A DNA stretch of 64,000 nt from assembly GCA_964592195.1 (NCBI GenBank), contig CAZQEI010000003.1:20174-84173 (forward strand), in the 5' to 3' direction. The translations under genes and the position numbers were made by a program. Positions 19,775 to 29,831 of this stretch are shown one piece after another (position 1 is the stretch's first letter; each line of letters begins with the position of its first letter). This DNA comes from an uncultured Gammaproteobacteria bacterium (GTDB lineage: Bacteria; Patescibacteriota; Patescibacteriia; UBA11705). Below the pieces are notes generated by a model. It ran no database searches. It worked only from the letters and a program-made list of their open reading frames with translations, and was not told where the DNA came from.

Positions 19775-20767
19775 CTAATCACCATTCTTCAAACCTTTTA
19801 AAATCATTTTCAACTCATCAATCGACACCACCTGCACTAATTTCTGACGCCATTCGCTGGCATTGGGAAAACCACGGAAGTACCACAATAAAAATTTTCG
19901 TAATTCAACAATACCGTGATCGCCCTTGGTTTCATACAACAATTTCGCGTGCTCGAGCGCGACTTTTTTTATATCTTTTAATTCAAAGTCTGAATATTTT
20001 CCAGTATTTAAAGAATCTTTCACTTGATTGAATAACCACGGTTTACCATATAAACCACGTGCCAAGGCAATACCATCAACTCCGGTTAAATCTAACATTT
20101 TCTTGGCGTCTTCAGGAGTGTTAATGCCACCATTACCAATAACAATTCCGTTAAATCGTCTTTTTGCCTCAGCCATGATTTCATAGTTAACTGGACCGGA
20201 AAAACCTTCTTCGTAAGTTCTACCATGCAACATTAACGTGGTAACTGGCAGGTCTTTTATTTTATCAATAAAATCCAACACCGTAATGGTGTCTTTTTTT
20301 GAAGAATTAATTTTACCATCCTCTTTCTTGTTAATACCGGCTCGAGTTTTAACTGAGACTGGAAGTTTTGTTGATTCGCAAACAGCATGAACTAATTCAT
20401 GCACTAAATTTAAATTTCTCAACAGCTCAACTCCACCGCCATGCGCGACCACTTTTCTAGCCGGGCAACCAAAGTTCAAATCAATGCCATCAAAGCCGGC
20501 AGCTTCAACATGCTTCACGGCTTTTTCAACTAAGTTCGGCCGCTTGCCAAACAACTGCAAAACCGTTGGCTTTTCCTTTTTCGTGCGCGCCAAACGAGCG
20601 AAAGTTTTTTCACTGTCGTAATATAAAGCATCGATGGACGTCATTTCAGAATAAACAACGTCTGCGCCGTACATTTTGCAAAGAGTTCGAAAAGCGGCGT
20701 CGGTGATACCGTCGAGTGGGGCTAAAGCGAGAATTGGTTTTTTGAGTTTTAACCAGAAATTGGGCAT
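19775..20767 (-). CDS. dusB: tRNA-dihydrouridine synthase (DusB-like)
   Basis: LAPLDGITD..FR, QLFG, IDLNFGCP, HGRT, GNGGI. Confidence 0.9.
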   Translation of the reverse strand: MPNFWLKLKKPILALAPLDGITDAAFRTLCKMYGADVVYSEMTSIDALYYDSEKTFARLARTKKEKPTVLQLFGKRPNLVEKAVKHVEAAGFDGIDLNFGCPARKVVAHGGGVELLRNLNLVHELVHAVCESTKLPVSVKTRAGINKKEDGKINSSKKDTITVLDFIDKIKDLPVTTLMLHGRTYEEGFSGPVNYEIMAEAKRRFNGIVIGNGGINTPEDAKKMLDLTGVDGIALARGLYGKPWLFNQVKDSLNTGKYSDFELKDIKKVALEHAKLLYETKGDHGIVELRKFLLWYFRGFPNASEWRQKLVQVVSIDELKMILKGLKNGD

Positions 20768-20785
20768 AAAAGATCACTATTTTTG

Positions 20786-20893
20786 TTACATCCCCATTTA
20801 TGGGGGAGTGAAAGATTGAACGAAAAGGTTGAAATAAAAATATTACTTTTTCCTAGGATTAAGACTCTTACTCCCACCTGAAGGTGGATGTAA
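20786..20893. repeat. REPIN-like inverted pair TTACATCC-hairpin-GGGAGT
   Basis: Arms at 20786-20815 and 20866-20893, inverted, with different internal stems. Confidence 0.7.
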
Positions 20894-21015
20894 GGAATTA
20901 CATTTAATTCAATTAAACTTGTTAAAATTATACCAAAACCACCAAATTTTCGCTACTTATTGACACGAAAGACACATTTATTCTCTAAAACTAGCTAATT
21001 TTCATAGACATGGTA

Positions 21016-21070
21016 TTGACTTTTTCAAAAAAGTATGCTATAATTAATAGTCAAAGTGGACTTTAACAAC
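21016..21070 (+). promoter_or_regulatory. sigma70 promoter TTGACT-17-TATAAT with boxA-like GGACTTTAACAAC
   Basis: Spacing counted directly. Confidence 0.8.
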
Positions 21071-21089
21071 CTGAGAAAAGAGGCATAAA

Positions 21090-21719
21090 TTGGACGAATC
21101 CAAAGGCCGCAAACTGCTTCACTGGTTTAAAAACTGTCAAATTCAGGTCATCTCTGAATTTACCAGACAAAGTGGTCGAGTCAGACAAGGCCATTGGGTC
21201 GAAGCTGTCGGATCTACTGATGTCCGGGGTAATAACTATCGCAATGAAAGACACTGGAGTACCAGAACCGGCCACCTTGGAGGATTCGTCAAGTTCAATT
21301 TCTACCCGAACTGGCAGTGGACAAATCCGACTGAAGTATTTCCGACTGCCACCATCGTAGCCAATATAAAGGTCATTCAGTACCCTGATACTGGAGCCAT
21401 CATTTTCCAAATTCGTGAGTTGGAACAACCATACCCAAAGCCGGAAGCTCTGATTACGATTACTCGATACGAACATCGGATCGAACACTGTGAAAAGATT
21501 GAGATCGTTCCCGGATTATATGTCCGGAAGTTCCCCCCCCTTGAAATTAACTACGAACAAAGCACTTTCAAGAAAACGTGTTTGTTCTGCGGAACAGTGA
21601 GAGATATTGATCTGAACCATAAGAACTTGAAAGATGATCAGCTGAAAGCAGAAGTAGAGGACTGTCCTCACTGCCCAGAGTTCAGAGCGAAGCAAAAATC
21701 GATAGCAGCAGCTGCATAG
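21090..21719 (+). CDS. Hypothetical protein with C-terminal CxxC..CxxC; homolog of 21861-22676
   Basis: TTG start with GAGG SD; aligns by eye to the next gene. Confidence 0.8.
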   Translation: MDESKGRKLLHWFKNCQIQVISEFTRQSGRVRQGHWVEAVGSTDVRGNNYRNERHWSTRTGHLGGFVKFNFYPNWQWTNPTEVFPTATIVANIKVIQYPDTGAIIFQIRELEQPYPKPEALITITRYEHRIEHCEKIEIVPGLYVRKFPPLEINYEQSTFKKTCLFCGTVRDIDLNHKNLKDDQLKAEVEDCPHCPEFRAKQKSIAAAA

Positions 21720-21860
21720 TCATATTTTCCTTATGGGATCTGGTGTATCGGCACTTTCCGTATACACCCCCATACGCCATGGGATAAAGCATACTTGGGC
21801 TGTTCCAAGGCATGCTGAGTCCTCTCCGCAACAGGCGGAGTTTTCAGGAAGGAGGCCATC

Positions 21861-22676
21861 ATGGCCAAGGATCCCCGTGTTCTTCTCCTGTCGCGCAATG
21901 CCTGCCAGATCCGCGTCGAAAAGGGCGGTGGTGGCACCGGCACCTGGCTCGACCCCAAACAGGTGGCCCCCGACGTGCTCATCCCCGAGCGCTTCCACGT
22001 GGGGCGTCAGGGCACGAGGCGGGTACAGATGTACTCGGTGAAAAATGGCGCGTTCATGGGGAAAGAAGTCTTCAACTGCTACTACTACCCCAACCCGAAC
22101 CAGCCCAGCAAGTTCGTCGGCGGCTACTACATCATGGCGGACGTCTTCGTCTTCGAGAAGACGATGACGCGAACCCTGCTCGACGAGCAGGGCGAGCCGG
22201 TCGTGGACCTCGACACGGGCGAGCCGTGCGTCGAGGACCACACCTTCCGCTACGTCGACATCGTCGAGTGCGAGAGCAACTCGATCCCGGCGCAGCACTT
22301 CGTGCGCTTCAGCGACGAGAAGCTGAGCGCCGAGGCCTTCGAGATCGGCCAGGGCTTCTGGATCAACATCGACCAGCCCGAGCCCCTCAACCTCGAGACC
22401 GACATGTTCGAGTACACCTGCACCTGCGGCAAGAGCTTCGATCTCAAGAAGCCCTGGCGCAAGGAAGGCGTGCCGCTGTGCGAAGACTGCCGGCCGACCG
22501 ACACCAAGCCCGGCTACGCGCCCTCGTCCAAGAAGGCGGCGCCCGAGCCCACGAAGGACGAGCTCGACGCCATCAACGCGGCGCTCGGTGGCAGCAAGAC
22601 CAAGCGCGTGACGCTGGCCGACGTCAAGGGCGGCGAGGTCTTCAAGGATCTCGCGGACAAGCTCGCGACCTTCTAG
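21861..22676 (+). CDS. High-GC hypothetical protein with CxC..CxxC
   Basis: AGGAGG SD; strong G/C bias at codon third positions in this frame; terminator follows. Confidence 0.85.
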   Translation: MAKDPRVLLLSRNACQIRVEKGGGGTGTWLDPKQVAPDVLIPERFHVGRQGTRRVQMYSVKNGAFMGKEVFNCYYYPNPNQPSKFVGGYYIMADVFVFEKTMTRTLLDEQGEPVVDLDTGEPCVEDHTFRYVDIVECESNSIPAQHFVRFSDEKLSAEAFEIGQGFWINIDQPEPLNLETDMFEYTCTCGKSFDLKKPWRKEGVPLCEDCRPTDTKPGYAPSSKKAAPEPTKDELDAINAALGGSKTKRVTLADVKGGEVFKDLADKLATF

Positions 22677-22718
22677 CTCACCTGTTCCTTCGTTCTTTTG
22701 ATCAACTACAATGAAAGG

Positions 22719-22743
22719 GGCCCCCATATCGCTGGGGGCTTTT
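22719..22743 (+). terminator. Intrinsic terminator
   Basis: GCCCCCA-TATCGC-TGGGGGC plus TTTT. Confidence 0.8.
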
Positions 22744-22866
22744 CTATTACTACGAATAACAAATCGGCTACGAATCTACGAATATTATAAAAACAAAAAC
22801 CGATTGCGAACAATCGGATTCAGTATATTGTCGTGATGAATGATCATTGATCAATGTTCCATGTCT

Positions 22867-23382
22867 CTAAATTTTATAAACATAAATAGGCAACTGATTT
22901 TCAAGTTTGGAAGATTCAAGTAGTTTGTCTTTCAACCATTCGATTGGGAAAGTATAACTAATTACATATTGGCCGGGTTGGAATTTTTCGAGCATGGCTG
23001 ATTCGTATTTTTCAAAACTCTTTGGGAGCCAGAACATAAATAAAGCGTCATAACCACTCCAATCGTATTTAAAACAATTACCGAATTTGATTTGAATATT
23101 TTTTTTTGTAATCAAGCGAATCTTGGCTAAGAAAAAAAACAACGGTGAAATTTCAATGCCGCAGAATTTTCCAGTTGGAAACTGGTTGTTTAAATAATTT
23201 AATATACCGCCTAAACCACAACCTAAATCAAGCACTGATTTAATTTGATATTTTTCAATCAATTGTTTTACCCTTTCCAAATCACGGCCATGACTGGGGA
23301 CATAAGGAGCGGTCATTTTAGTGGCTTTGATTAAAAATAAAACGCAGAAGGACATGATTAAGATTAGAAAGAATAAATCCAT
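22867..23382 (-). CDS. Class I SAM-dependent methyltransferase with an N-terminal TM anchor
   Basis: APYVPS, VLDLGCGLG, GIEISP, VISYTF. Confidence 0.88.
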   Translation of the reverse strand: MDLFFLILIMSFCVLFLIKATKMTAPYVPSHGRDLERVKQLIEKYQIKSVLDLGCGLGGILNYLNNQFPTGKFCGIEISPLFFFLAKIRLITKKNIQIKFGNCFKYDWSGYDALFMFWLPKSFEKYESAMLEKFQPGQYVISYTFPIEWLKDKLLESSKLENQLPIYVYKI

Positions 23383-23547
23383 AGATTTTTTGAATGAAAG
23401 ATAAGAGAGAAGAGGGTGACGAGGGAGATGAGAGATGGAAAATAATTTCTATTTCACCACGCCTTCTTTCTAATCCGCCTCTGGCGGAAGGCGGGGAGGA
23501 GAGCTTGGTTCCCTCCGTAAACGGAGGGTGAACATCAAAAATATATA

Positions 23548-23638
23548 GAGATTGCCGCGTCGTCTCGATATTCATCGCGACTCCTCGCAAAAAAGAATAC
23601 TCTTCTGCGAGTCACACGAAGTGGGACGTGGCAGTCTC
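23548..23638. repeat. GAGATTGCCRCGT...CTCGCAA palindromic element as an inverted pair; related copy near 29667
   Basis: GAGATTGCCGCGTC ... GACGTGGCAGTCTC termini. Confidence 0.7.
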
Positions 23639-23645
23639 TTTAAAA

Positions 23646-24752
23646 TTATTCATCAAAAGACTCAAGCATTTCTTTTTGTTTGCGGGATAATTTCTTTGGG
23701 ATGGTAACAACGACGTTCACATATAAATCACCACGATTACCATTATCCATCGACGGCACACCGCGACCGCGGATGCGAAGTTTGGTATTAGGTTGAGTAC
23801 CAGGTTGAATCTCCAAATCCACCTTACCATCGAGAGTTTCAAACTCCACCGTCTTTCCCAATATTGCTGAGGTAAAAGGAATCTCAATATCGGTAAATAA
23901 ATCTTGTGCTTCACGATCAAATCTTTTATCTGGTTTAACTCGAATACTAATCATCAAATCCCCTGGTCGACCACCTGCCATACCAGCATTCCCCTGCTCT
24001 CGCAAACGCAAAGTCATACCATCATCCACACCAGCTGGAATTTTGACAGATAAATTTTTATTTTCTCGCTGTAAACCTTTGCCACCGCAAGCAGTACATT
24101 TCTTCTTCGAAGTTTTTCCCTCACCATTACAACCAGGACAAATAGCCGCAGTTTGAATATTACCAATAAATGTTCTTTGAACTTGAATAATTTGACCTGA
24201 ACCTCCGCATGTTTGGCAAGTTTCAATTGGAGTGCCGGGTTCAGCTTGATTACCGTGACAATGAGAACAAACCGTAGTTCGAGGTAAATTCAATTCTCGC
24301 TCCAAACCAAAGACTGCATCGCGAAAATCAATAGTTAACTCTACATGAATATCCTCACCATGACGAACGCGAGAACCGCGTTGGGAGCGACCACCCCGAC
24401 CGCCGGAAGCAAAACCGAAAATATCGCCAAACATATCACCCATGTCGCCAAAGTCGAAATTGATATTTTGAGAGCCACCGCCTTGGCGTGCCGCACGCAT
24501 GAAGTCTTCCCATCCCATACCTTGACCAAAACCGCCTTGTTGATCAAAGGAAGAACCAAATTGATCGTATTTCGATCGCTTATCCGGGTTACTCAAAACC
24601 TGATAAGCTTCATTTATCTCTTTGAACTTCGCTTCATCGCCACCTTGTTTATCTGGATGATGTTGGTGAGCCAACTTGCGAAAAGCGGTTTTTATTTCAT
24701 CAGGAGAAGCGTTTTTTTCGACTCCTAATGTTTTGTAGTAATCTTTGGACAT
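23646..24752 (-). CDS. dnaJ: Chaperone DnaJ
   Basis: J-domain HPD, G/F region, four CxxCxGxG-type motifs. Confidence 0.98.
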   Translation of the reverse strand: MSKDYYKTLGVEKNASPDEIKTAFRKLAHQHHPDKQGGDEAKFKEINEAYQVLSNPDKRSKYDQFGSSFDQQGGFGQGMGWEDFMRAARQGGGSQNINFDFGDMGDMFGDIFGFASGGRGGRSQRGSRVRHGEDIHVELTIDFRDAVFGLERELNLPRTTVCSHCHGNQAEPGTPIETCQTCGGSGQIIQVQRTFIGNIQTAAICPGCNGEGKTSKKKCTACGGKGLQRENKNLSVKIPAGVDDGMTLRLREQGNAGMAGGRPGDLMISIRVKPDKRFDREAQDLFTDIEIPFTSAILGKTVEFETLDGKVDLEIQPGTQPNTKLRIRGRGVPSMDNGNRGDLYVNVVVTIPKKLSRKQKEMLESFDE

Positions 24753-24857
24753 ATGGGCTACGGATGCTACAGATATAAATATTTAATAATACTGAGCTAC
24801 AGATGCTACAGATGGAAATGTTTATCTATTGCTTTCTTGATTTCTTGTTTTTTTGTT

Positions 24858-25271
24858 TTATTTCCTAAAATAGTTGTAAGCAGACAGATCTAAATCATCT
24901 TCATCGGGCTTTTCCATGGGATCAATTTTAACATTTTGCGAGTCATTTATCAATGCGGAAAAGTTGTGACATTTAATAGTTTGAATATTTTTTTGTCGGG
25001 CGTAATAGAGAATATCTTTATCATCGGTAACTAATGAATAGCTGTTGGGATTTTGGCACGCATCAATTTCAAACTTTATTTCATCATCCGCATTACCGGC
25101 AAAGCGAACTTCTAGCAGTGGTGTGCTTAAATCTTCTGGGGAAAAACCATCAAAAATGATTAACCCGCTTTTATGACTACGGCGTAAATAGTTATCCACA
25201 GCCCAAATCAAGTCTTCGCGTTTTTCGAAGTCGGATTGGTAGAGCAAGTTGTATCCATCAATAATTATCAC
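24858..25271 (-). CDS. NYN domain (YacP-like) protein
   Basis: IIIDGYNL, IIFDG, ADDEI, LVTDDK. Confidence 0.8.
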   Translation of the reverse strand: MIIIDGYNLLYQSDFEKREDLIWAVDNYLRRSHKSGLIIFDGFSPEDLSTPLLEVRFAGNADDEIKFEIDACQNPNSYSLVTDDKDILYYARQKNIQTIKCHNFSALINDSQNVKIDPMEKPDEDDLDLSAYNYFRK

Positions 25272-25394
25272 ACTATATTTTATTAACCCACCACAACTAA
25301 CAAAGATCCCCGCCTGCGCAGGGGATGACGGTGTGGTGAGTTTTTGCTTTTTTGTTTTATTGTCAGCCGGAGGCTGATCCGCCTCTGGCGGGTT

Positions 25395-25955
25395 TTATTG
25401 TTTTGTTGTTTTCTTTTTCTGAATCAACATACAATACTCAATATTCCCGCCCTTTTCACCGCGGATGGGAGATTCGATTATTTTTTCTACTTTAACGGGC
25501 AATTCTTTTAATACTCGCTCCACAATCTGAGGTAATAATTCTTCATTCACTTTTCCTTTGAATAATTCTGCGCGTTCTGCTTCGTAGTGGGGTTTCAACA
25601 ATGAGATAATCACTCCCCCGTCTTTGACTAAACTTAAAGCTTTAGGTATCACCAATCTTTGTCGTGTCCAACCGATATCGATCACGGCTACGTCAACTAA
25701 TTCTGGTAAGTCAACTTCCAGGGCGTTTGTTCTTTCCATGACAACCACGCGTTCATTGTTACGAAGCTTCCAATCAACCGTGCCATAACCTTTTTCCACA
25801 GAATAAACTTTCTTCGCGCCATGTTGTAATAAGCAATCAGTAAAGCCACCGGTGGAAGCACCAAGGTCAACGCAAACTTTACCTTCAACGTTGATATTGA
25901 ATTCTTGCAAAGCTTTTTCTAATTTTTCCCCGGCGCGGGAAGCGTATGTGGGCAT
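25395..25955 (-). CDS. tlyA: TlyA-family rRNA 2'-O-methyltransferase lacking the S4 domain
   Basis: YASRAGEKL, DLGASTGGFTDCLLQHGA, MERTN, LKPHYE, SPIRG.KGGNIEY. Confidence 0.88.
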   Translation of the reverse strand: MPTYASRAGEKLEKALQEFNINVEGKVCVDLGASTGGFTDCLLQHGAKKVYSVEKGYGTVDWKLRNNERVVVMERTNALEVDLPELVDVAVIDIGWTRQRLVIPKALSLVKDGGVIISLLKPHYEAERAELFKGKVNEELLPQIVERVLKELPVKVEKIIESPIRGEKGGNIEYCMLIQKKKTTKQ

Positions 25956-26143
25956 ATTGATAAGAGTATAAAGAGAATAAAGAGTAAATGAGAATAAAGA
26001 GATTTAAAACTCATATTTACTCACAGGCGACGCTCGAAGTGAACGCCGCCTGTTGGTAATTTTCCCTGCCATGCTTCGTCAGGCTCAGCACGACAGGGGG
26101 TACTATTTGCTTTATTGCTTTTTTGATTTCTTGCTTTCTTGCC

Positions 26144-28069
26144 TTACTTCTTCTCAGTAAACTCAGCATCCTGAACATTATCATCCTTTTTATCATCCTT
26201 TGGTGGTTGTTCTGGGTTTGGGTTCTGGTTAACTTCAGGATTTGGGTTTTGACCTGGTTGTGGCTGTTGTTGTTGATATAAAGCAGCACCCACTTTTTGA
26301 ACCACTTGAGATAATTCTTCAGTAACTTTCTTCATTCCTTCTAAGTCATCTGTATCCTTCAATTTCTTCAACGCTTCTACTTTTTCTTCCACTGGTTTAC
26401 AATCTTCTTCTTTAATCTTTTCTTTATTCTCACGTAAAACTTTTTCTGATGTGTAAATTAAAGTGTCAGCAATATTTCGCGCTTCAGCGAGCTCACGTTT
26501 TTTCTTGTCGTCAACAGCATGCGCTTGCGCATCTTGTTTCATTTTTTCAATTTCTTCTTTATTCAAACCGGAAGATGAAGTAATGGTAATGCGTTGTTCT
26601 TTGTTGGTCGCTTTATCCACCGCTTTCACATTCAAAATACCATTGGCATCAATATCAAAACTAACTTCCACTTGCGGAATACCGCGAGGAGCTGGTGGGA
26701 TACCATCGAGGATAAAAGTTCCCAATGTCTTATTATCACTAGCCATTTCGCGTTCACCCTGCAATACGTGAATTTCAACTTGGGTTTGATTGTCAGCCGC
26801 GGTGGAGAAAATTTGTGATTTGGCAGTTGGAATCGTGGTATTTCTTTCAATTAACTTGGTCATCACACCACCCAAAGTTTCAATACCAAAGGATAATGGT
26901 GTTACATCTAACAATAAAACATCTTTCACATCACCTTGCAACACACCAGCCTGAACAGCGGCACCCAAAGCCACCACTTCATCTGGGTTAACGCTAATGT
27001 TTGGTTTTTTGCCAAAAAATTCTTCCACTTTTTTCAAAACCAACGGCATACGAGTCATACCACCGACCATGACCACTTCTTCGATTTCACTCAAAGAATA
27101 TTTGGAATCAGCAATGGCTTTGCGGCAAGGATCAAAAGTGGCGTCGACTAAATCTAAAACCAATTCTTCCAATTTCGCTCGAGTTAAAGTTTTCACTAAA
27201 TGCACTGGATTACCACTACCATCTTGAGCAATAAACGGTTGATTAATTTCCGATTCATTAGCAGTACTTAATTCAATTTTGGCTTTTTCACCAGCATCTT
27301 TAATTCTTTGCAAAGCAATAGGATCCTTGGACAAATCAATACCAGTTTCTGCTTTGAATTCATTTAAAATCCAGTTAATAATGCGTTGATCAAAATCATC
27401 ACCACCTAAGTGAGTATCGCCGTTCGTTGACTTCACTTCAACAGTGTCTTCCGCGACTTCTAAGATTGAAATATCAAAAGTACCGCCACCCAAATCATAG
27501 ATAGCAATCTTTTGACCTTTTTTCTTTTCAAAACCATAAGCCAAAGCGGCCGCGGTTGGTTCGTTAATGATACGTAATACTTTTAACCCGGCGATTTCAC
27601 CCGCGTCTTTAGTTGCTTGTCTTTGCGAATCATCGAAATAGGCTGGGACGGTAATAATAGCTTCATCAATTTTTTCACCTAACTTGTCCTCAGCATCAGA
27701 CTTCAACTTTTGCAAAATCATAGCGGAAACTTCTTGCGGAGAATATTCTTTGCCGCTCATATCGACTTTGACGCCAACACCGGCTTGTGAAATTTTGTAT
27801 GGCAAAACTTTTGCATCGCGAGTGACCTCAGCATCATCAAAATGCCGACCAATCAAACGTTTTATCGAAGCAATAGTATTTTGCGGATTGGTAACAGCTT
27901 GTCGCTTGGCCAATTGACCGACTAAGCGTTCACCTGTTTTGGAAATCGCCACGACAGACGGCGTAGTACGCGCGCCTTCTTTATTTTCTAACACTTTTGG
28001 TTTACCGCCTTCCATGATAGCCATGCAGGAATTGGTGGTACCCAAATCAATACCTAAAATTTTTCCCAT
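26144..28069 (-). CDS. dnaK: Chaperone DnaK
   Basis: [30 protein letters not shown]. Confidence 0.99.
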   Translation of the reverse strand: MGKILGIDLGTTNSCMAIMEGGKPKVLENKEGARTTPSVVAISKTGERLVGQLAKRQAVTNPQNTIASIKRLIGRHFDDAEVTRDAKVLPYKISQAGVGVKVDMSGKEYSPQEVSAMILQKLKSDAEDKLGEKIDEAIITVPAYFDDSQRQATKDAGEIAGLKVLRIINEPTAAALAYGFEKKKGQKIAIYDLGGGTFDISILEVAEDTVEVKSTNGDTHLGGDDFDQRIINWILNEFKAETGIDLSKDPIALQRIKDAGEKAKIELSTANESEINQPFIAQDGSGNPVHLVKTLTRAKLEELVLDLVDATFDPCRKAIADSKYSLSEIEEVVMVGGMTRMPLVLKKVEEFFGKKPNISVNPDEVVALGAAVQAGVLQGDVKDVLLLDVTPLSFGIETLGGVMTKLIERNTTIPTAKSQIFSTAADNQTQVEIHVLQGEREMASDNKTLGTFILDGIPPAPRGIPQVEVSFDIDANGILNVKAVDKATNKEQRITITSSSGLNKEEIEKMKQDAQAHAVDDKKKRELAEARNIADTLIYTSEKVLRENKEKIKEEDCKPVEEKVEALKKLKDTDDLEGMKKVTEELSQVVQKVGAALYQQQQPQPGQNPNPEVNQNPNPEQPPKDDKKDDNVQDAEFTEKK

Positions 28070-28147
28070 ACTGATATTTTCGTTTAATTAATAAAATTAG
28101 ATTATAGATTAGAGATTATAGTTTTGAAGATTATTAATAAGCTAGAA

Positions 28148-28438
28148 TCAACTTTCAAACGTAACCAACTGACTACCTTTGATTTTATTTCCATTTAAAT
28201 ACACATTAATCGCGGAAATGAACCAAAATACTTTTTGATAAATAACTTGGACATTTTCTGAATTGGCAGTTTTGAATGTTTTGCCCATTTTGATTTCATC
28301 CATGGTGCCAAATTCACCTAACAAAGCTTGATCCTGAAAAACTTGCACTGGACCAGACTTGAACATAATACCGCCGTCCCATTCTACGGTAACAGAACGA
28401 CCGGTGGCTTTGTCTACGAAGTTGAAGACTGTTTTCAT
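28148..28438 (-). CDS. Hypothetical protein
   Basis: 96-aa ORF co-oriented within the heat-shock cluster. Confidence 0.6.
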   Translation of the reverse strand: MKTVFNFVDKATGRSVTVEWDGGIMFKSGPVQVFQDQALLGEFGTMDEIKMGKTFKTANSENVQVIYQKVFWFISAINVYLNGNKIKGSQLVTFES

Positions 28439-28553
28439 ATTTGTGCATTACGAATTTTCGAATCCTTTACGAATGTGTTCGAATTATTGTTAATCGGGTT
28501 TTGATGATAATTCGTAAAAATTCGCAATAAATTCGTATATTCGAATTGATCTA

Positions 28554-28961
28554 TTACTTTTTTAATTTAACAACATTGGTTCTTTCTTTTTTCAAATCTG
28601 ACAGCAAGGTAACGAGAGCTAAGATCCAATACCTATTAGATTCATGAAATTCGTGAGTCAACATATTGTTAAGATACTCAGTTTCTGTTGGTGCTAATAA
28701 TCCAGATGAGCGCATTTCATTAATTACCGAACTTAACTGAGTCTTCAAATACGTGCTTTCACCAGTTTTAAGCTCACCCAACAATCGAACTATTTCAACT
28801 TTGATTTGATCGGCATTCCAATCTTTTTCTTCAATCATTTCATTGGCAGTTTTAATATACTGAGTAAAACGAGTACCCAATTGATCACCATTTTCCGGTA
28901 ATTCAAACGGGTTACTCTCAGATGATGACCGTTTACCTACAAACACATCAAATAATCCCAT
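28554..28961 (-). CDS. Hypothetical protein
   Basis: ORF; ATG 28961 preferred because the upstream extension is a repeat element. Confidence 0.6.
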   Translation of the reverse strand: MGLFDVFVGKRSSSESNPFELPENGDQLGTRFTQYIKTANEMIEEKDWNADQIKVEIVRLLGELKTGESTYLKTQLSSVINEMRSSGLLAPTETEYLNNMLTHEFHESNRYWILALVTLLSDLKKERTNVVKLKK

Positions 28962-29054
28962 ACATTTAATTCTTGTCCTCCGAAGTTTCAACGAAGGAGG
29001 ATTAATATTTACTTAGCCGAGTCTCCAAGAGATCAGAGACTCGATAATTAAACA

Positions 29055-29483
29055 TTATTTTTTCTTCTTTTTAATATTGACTTTAAGTTTTTTGACATTC
29101 TCCTGTTTCAATTTCGGAATAGTCACAGTCAAAACGCCTTCAGCAAAGTCAGCTACCGCATTTTGCCCTTGCACGTGAGCAGGTAATGCTACAGAACGAT
29201 AGAAACTGCCAGTATGGATTTCTTTGCGGTAATAATTTTTCTCATCCACTTCTGACTTGTGTTCTGACTTGCCTTGAATAGTGAGAACGTCGTTTTCCAC
29301 ACTCACTTCGACTTTATCCGGATCAATGCCCGGTAACTGGGCCTCGACCACGAGATTGTCGCCTTTTTCATAAACATCGAGCGCCGGGGCAAAAGCAGAT
29401 GGCGTCCCACGGCGGAAATCCTCAAAGAAGCGATCCATATCGCCAAACGGTTCGAGGAAAGGCGTCCATTTGATGATAGACAT
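29055..29483 (-). CDS. Hsp20/alpha-crystallin small heat-shock protein
   Basis: PALDVYE, LPGI, VLTIQG, GSFYRSVALP, A.F.EGVLTVTIPK. Confidence 0.95.
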   Translation of the reverse strand: MSIIKWTPFLEPFGDMDRFFEDFRRGTPSAFAPALDVYEKGDNLVVEAQLPGIDPDKVEVSVENDVLTIQGKSEHKSEVDEKNYYRKEIHTGSFYRSVALPAHVQGQNAVADFAEGVLTVTIPKLKQENVKKLKVNIKKKKK

Positions 29484-29592
29484 AGAGTTGTTTAATTATT
29501 TATTAGCTGATCAAATTCCAAATCTCAAATTACAAATTCCAAAGTTGGTATAAATTTGGTTAAAGAGAATAAAGAGAGACAGGAGAAACGGG

Positions 29593-29612
29593 CCTGCCTG
29601 CCGGCAGGCAGG
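29593..29612. repeat. Perfect palindrome CCTGCCTGCCGGCAGGCAGG; copies 60836-60855 and an 18-bp variant at 33258-33275
   Basis: Identical GC-rich palindromes in an AT-rich background. Confidence 0.9.
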
Positions 29613-29831
29613 GGTGACGAGAGTGACTGGTGAAGGAATCGGAATTTATTTAATTTGCTTTCATTAGAGATTGCCACGTCCCGATAAATCGGGACTCGTC
29701 CCAAAGGGATCCCTTCGGGACAAAAGAGGTAAGCAAATATTTTATCCGTAATATCCGTCGTGTCATTCGACACGACTGGCATGTCGGATGACATGCCGTA
29801 AAATCGGTAAAAATCAGTATATCGGTAATCA

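Noticed and set aside
21720-22727. Long overlapping ORFs 21720-22727 (-) and 21812-22714 (+)
   Set aside because: Shadow frames of a high-GC3 gene; only 21861-22676 has an SD and homology to its neighbour
25354-25400. Apparent 9-bp target-site duplication GTTTTATTG around the 30-bp element
   Set aside because: Low-complexity T-rich context, and the copy at 60823 shows no duplication
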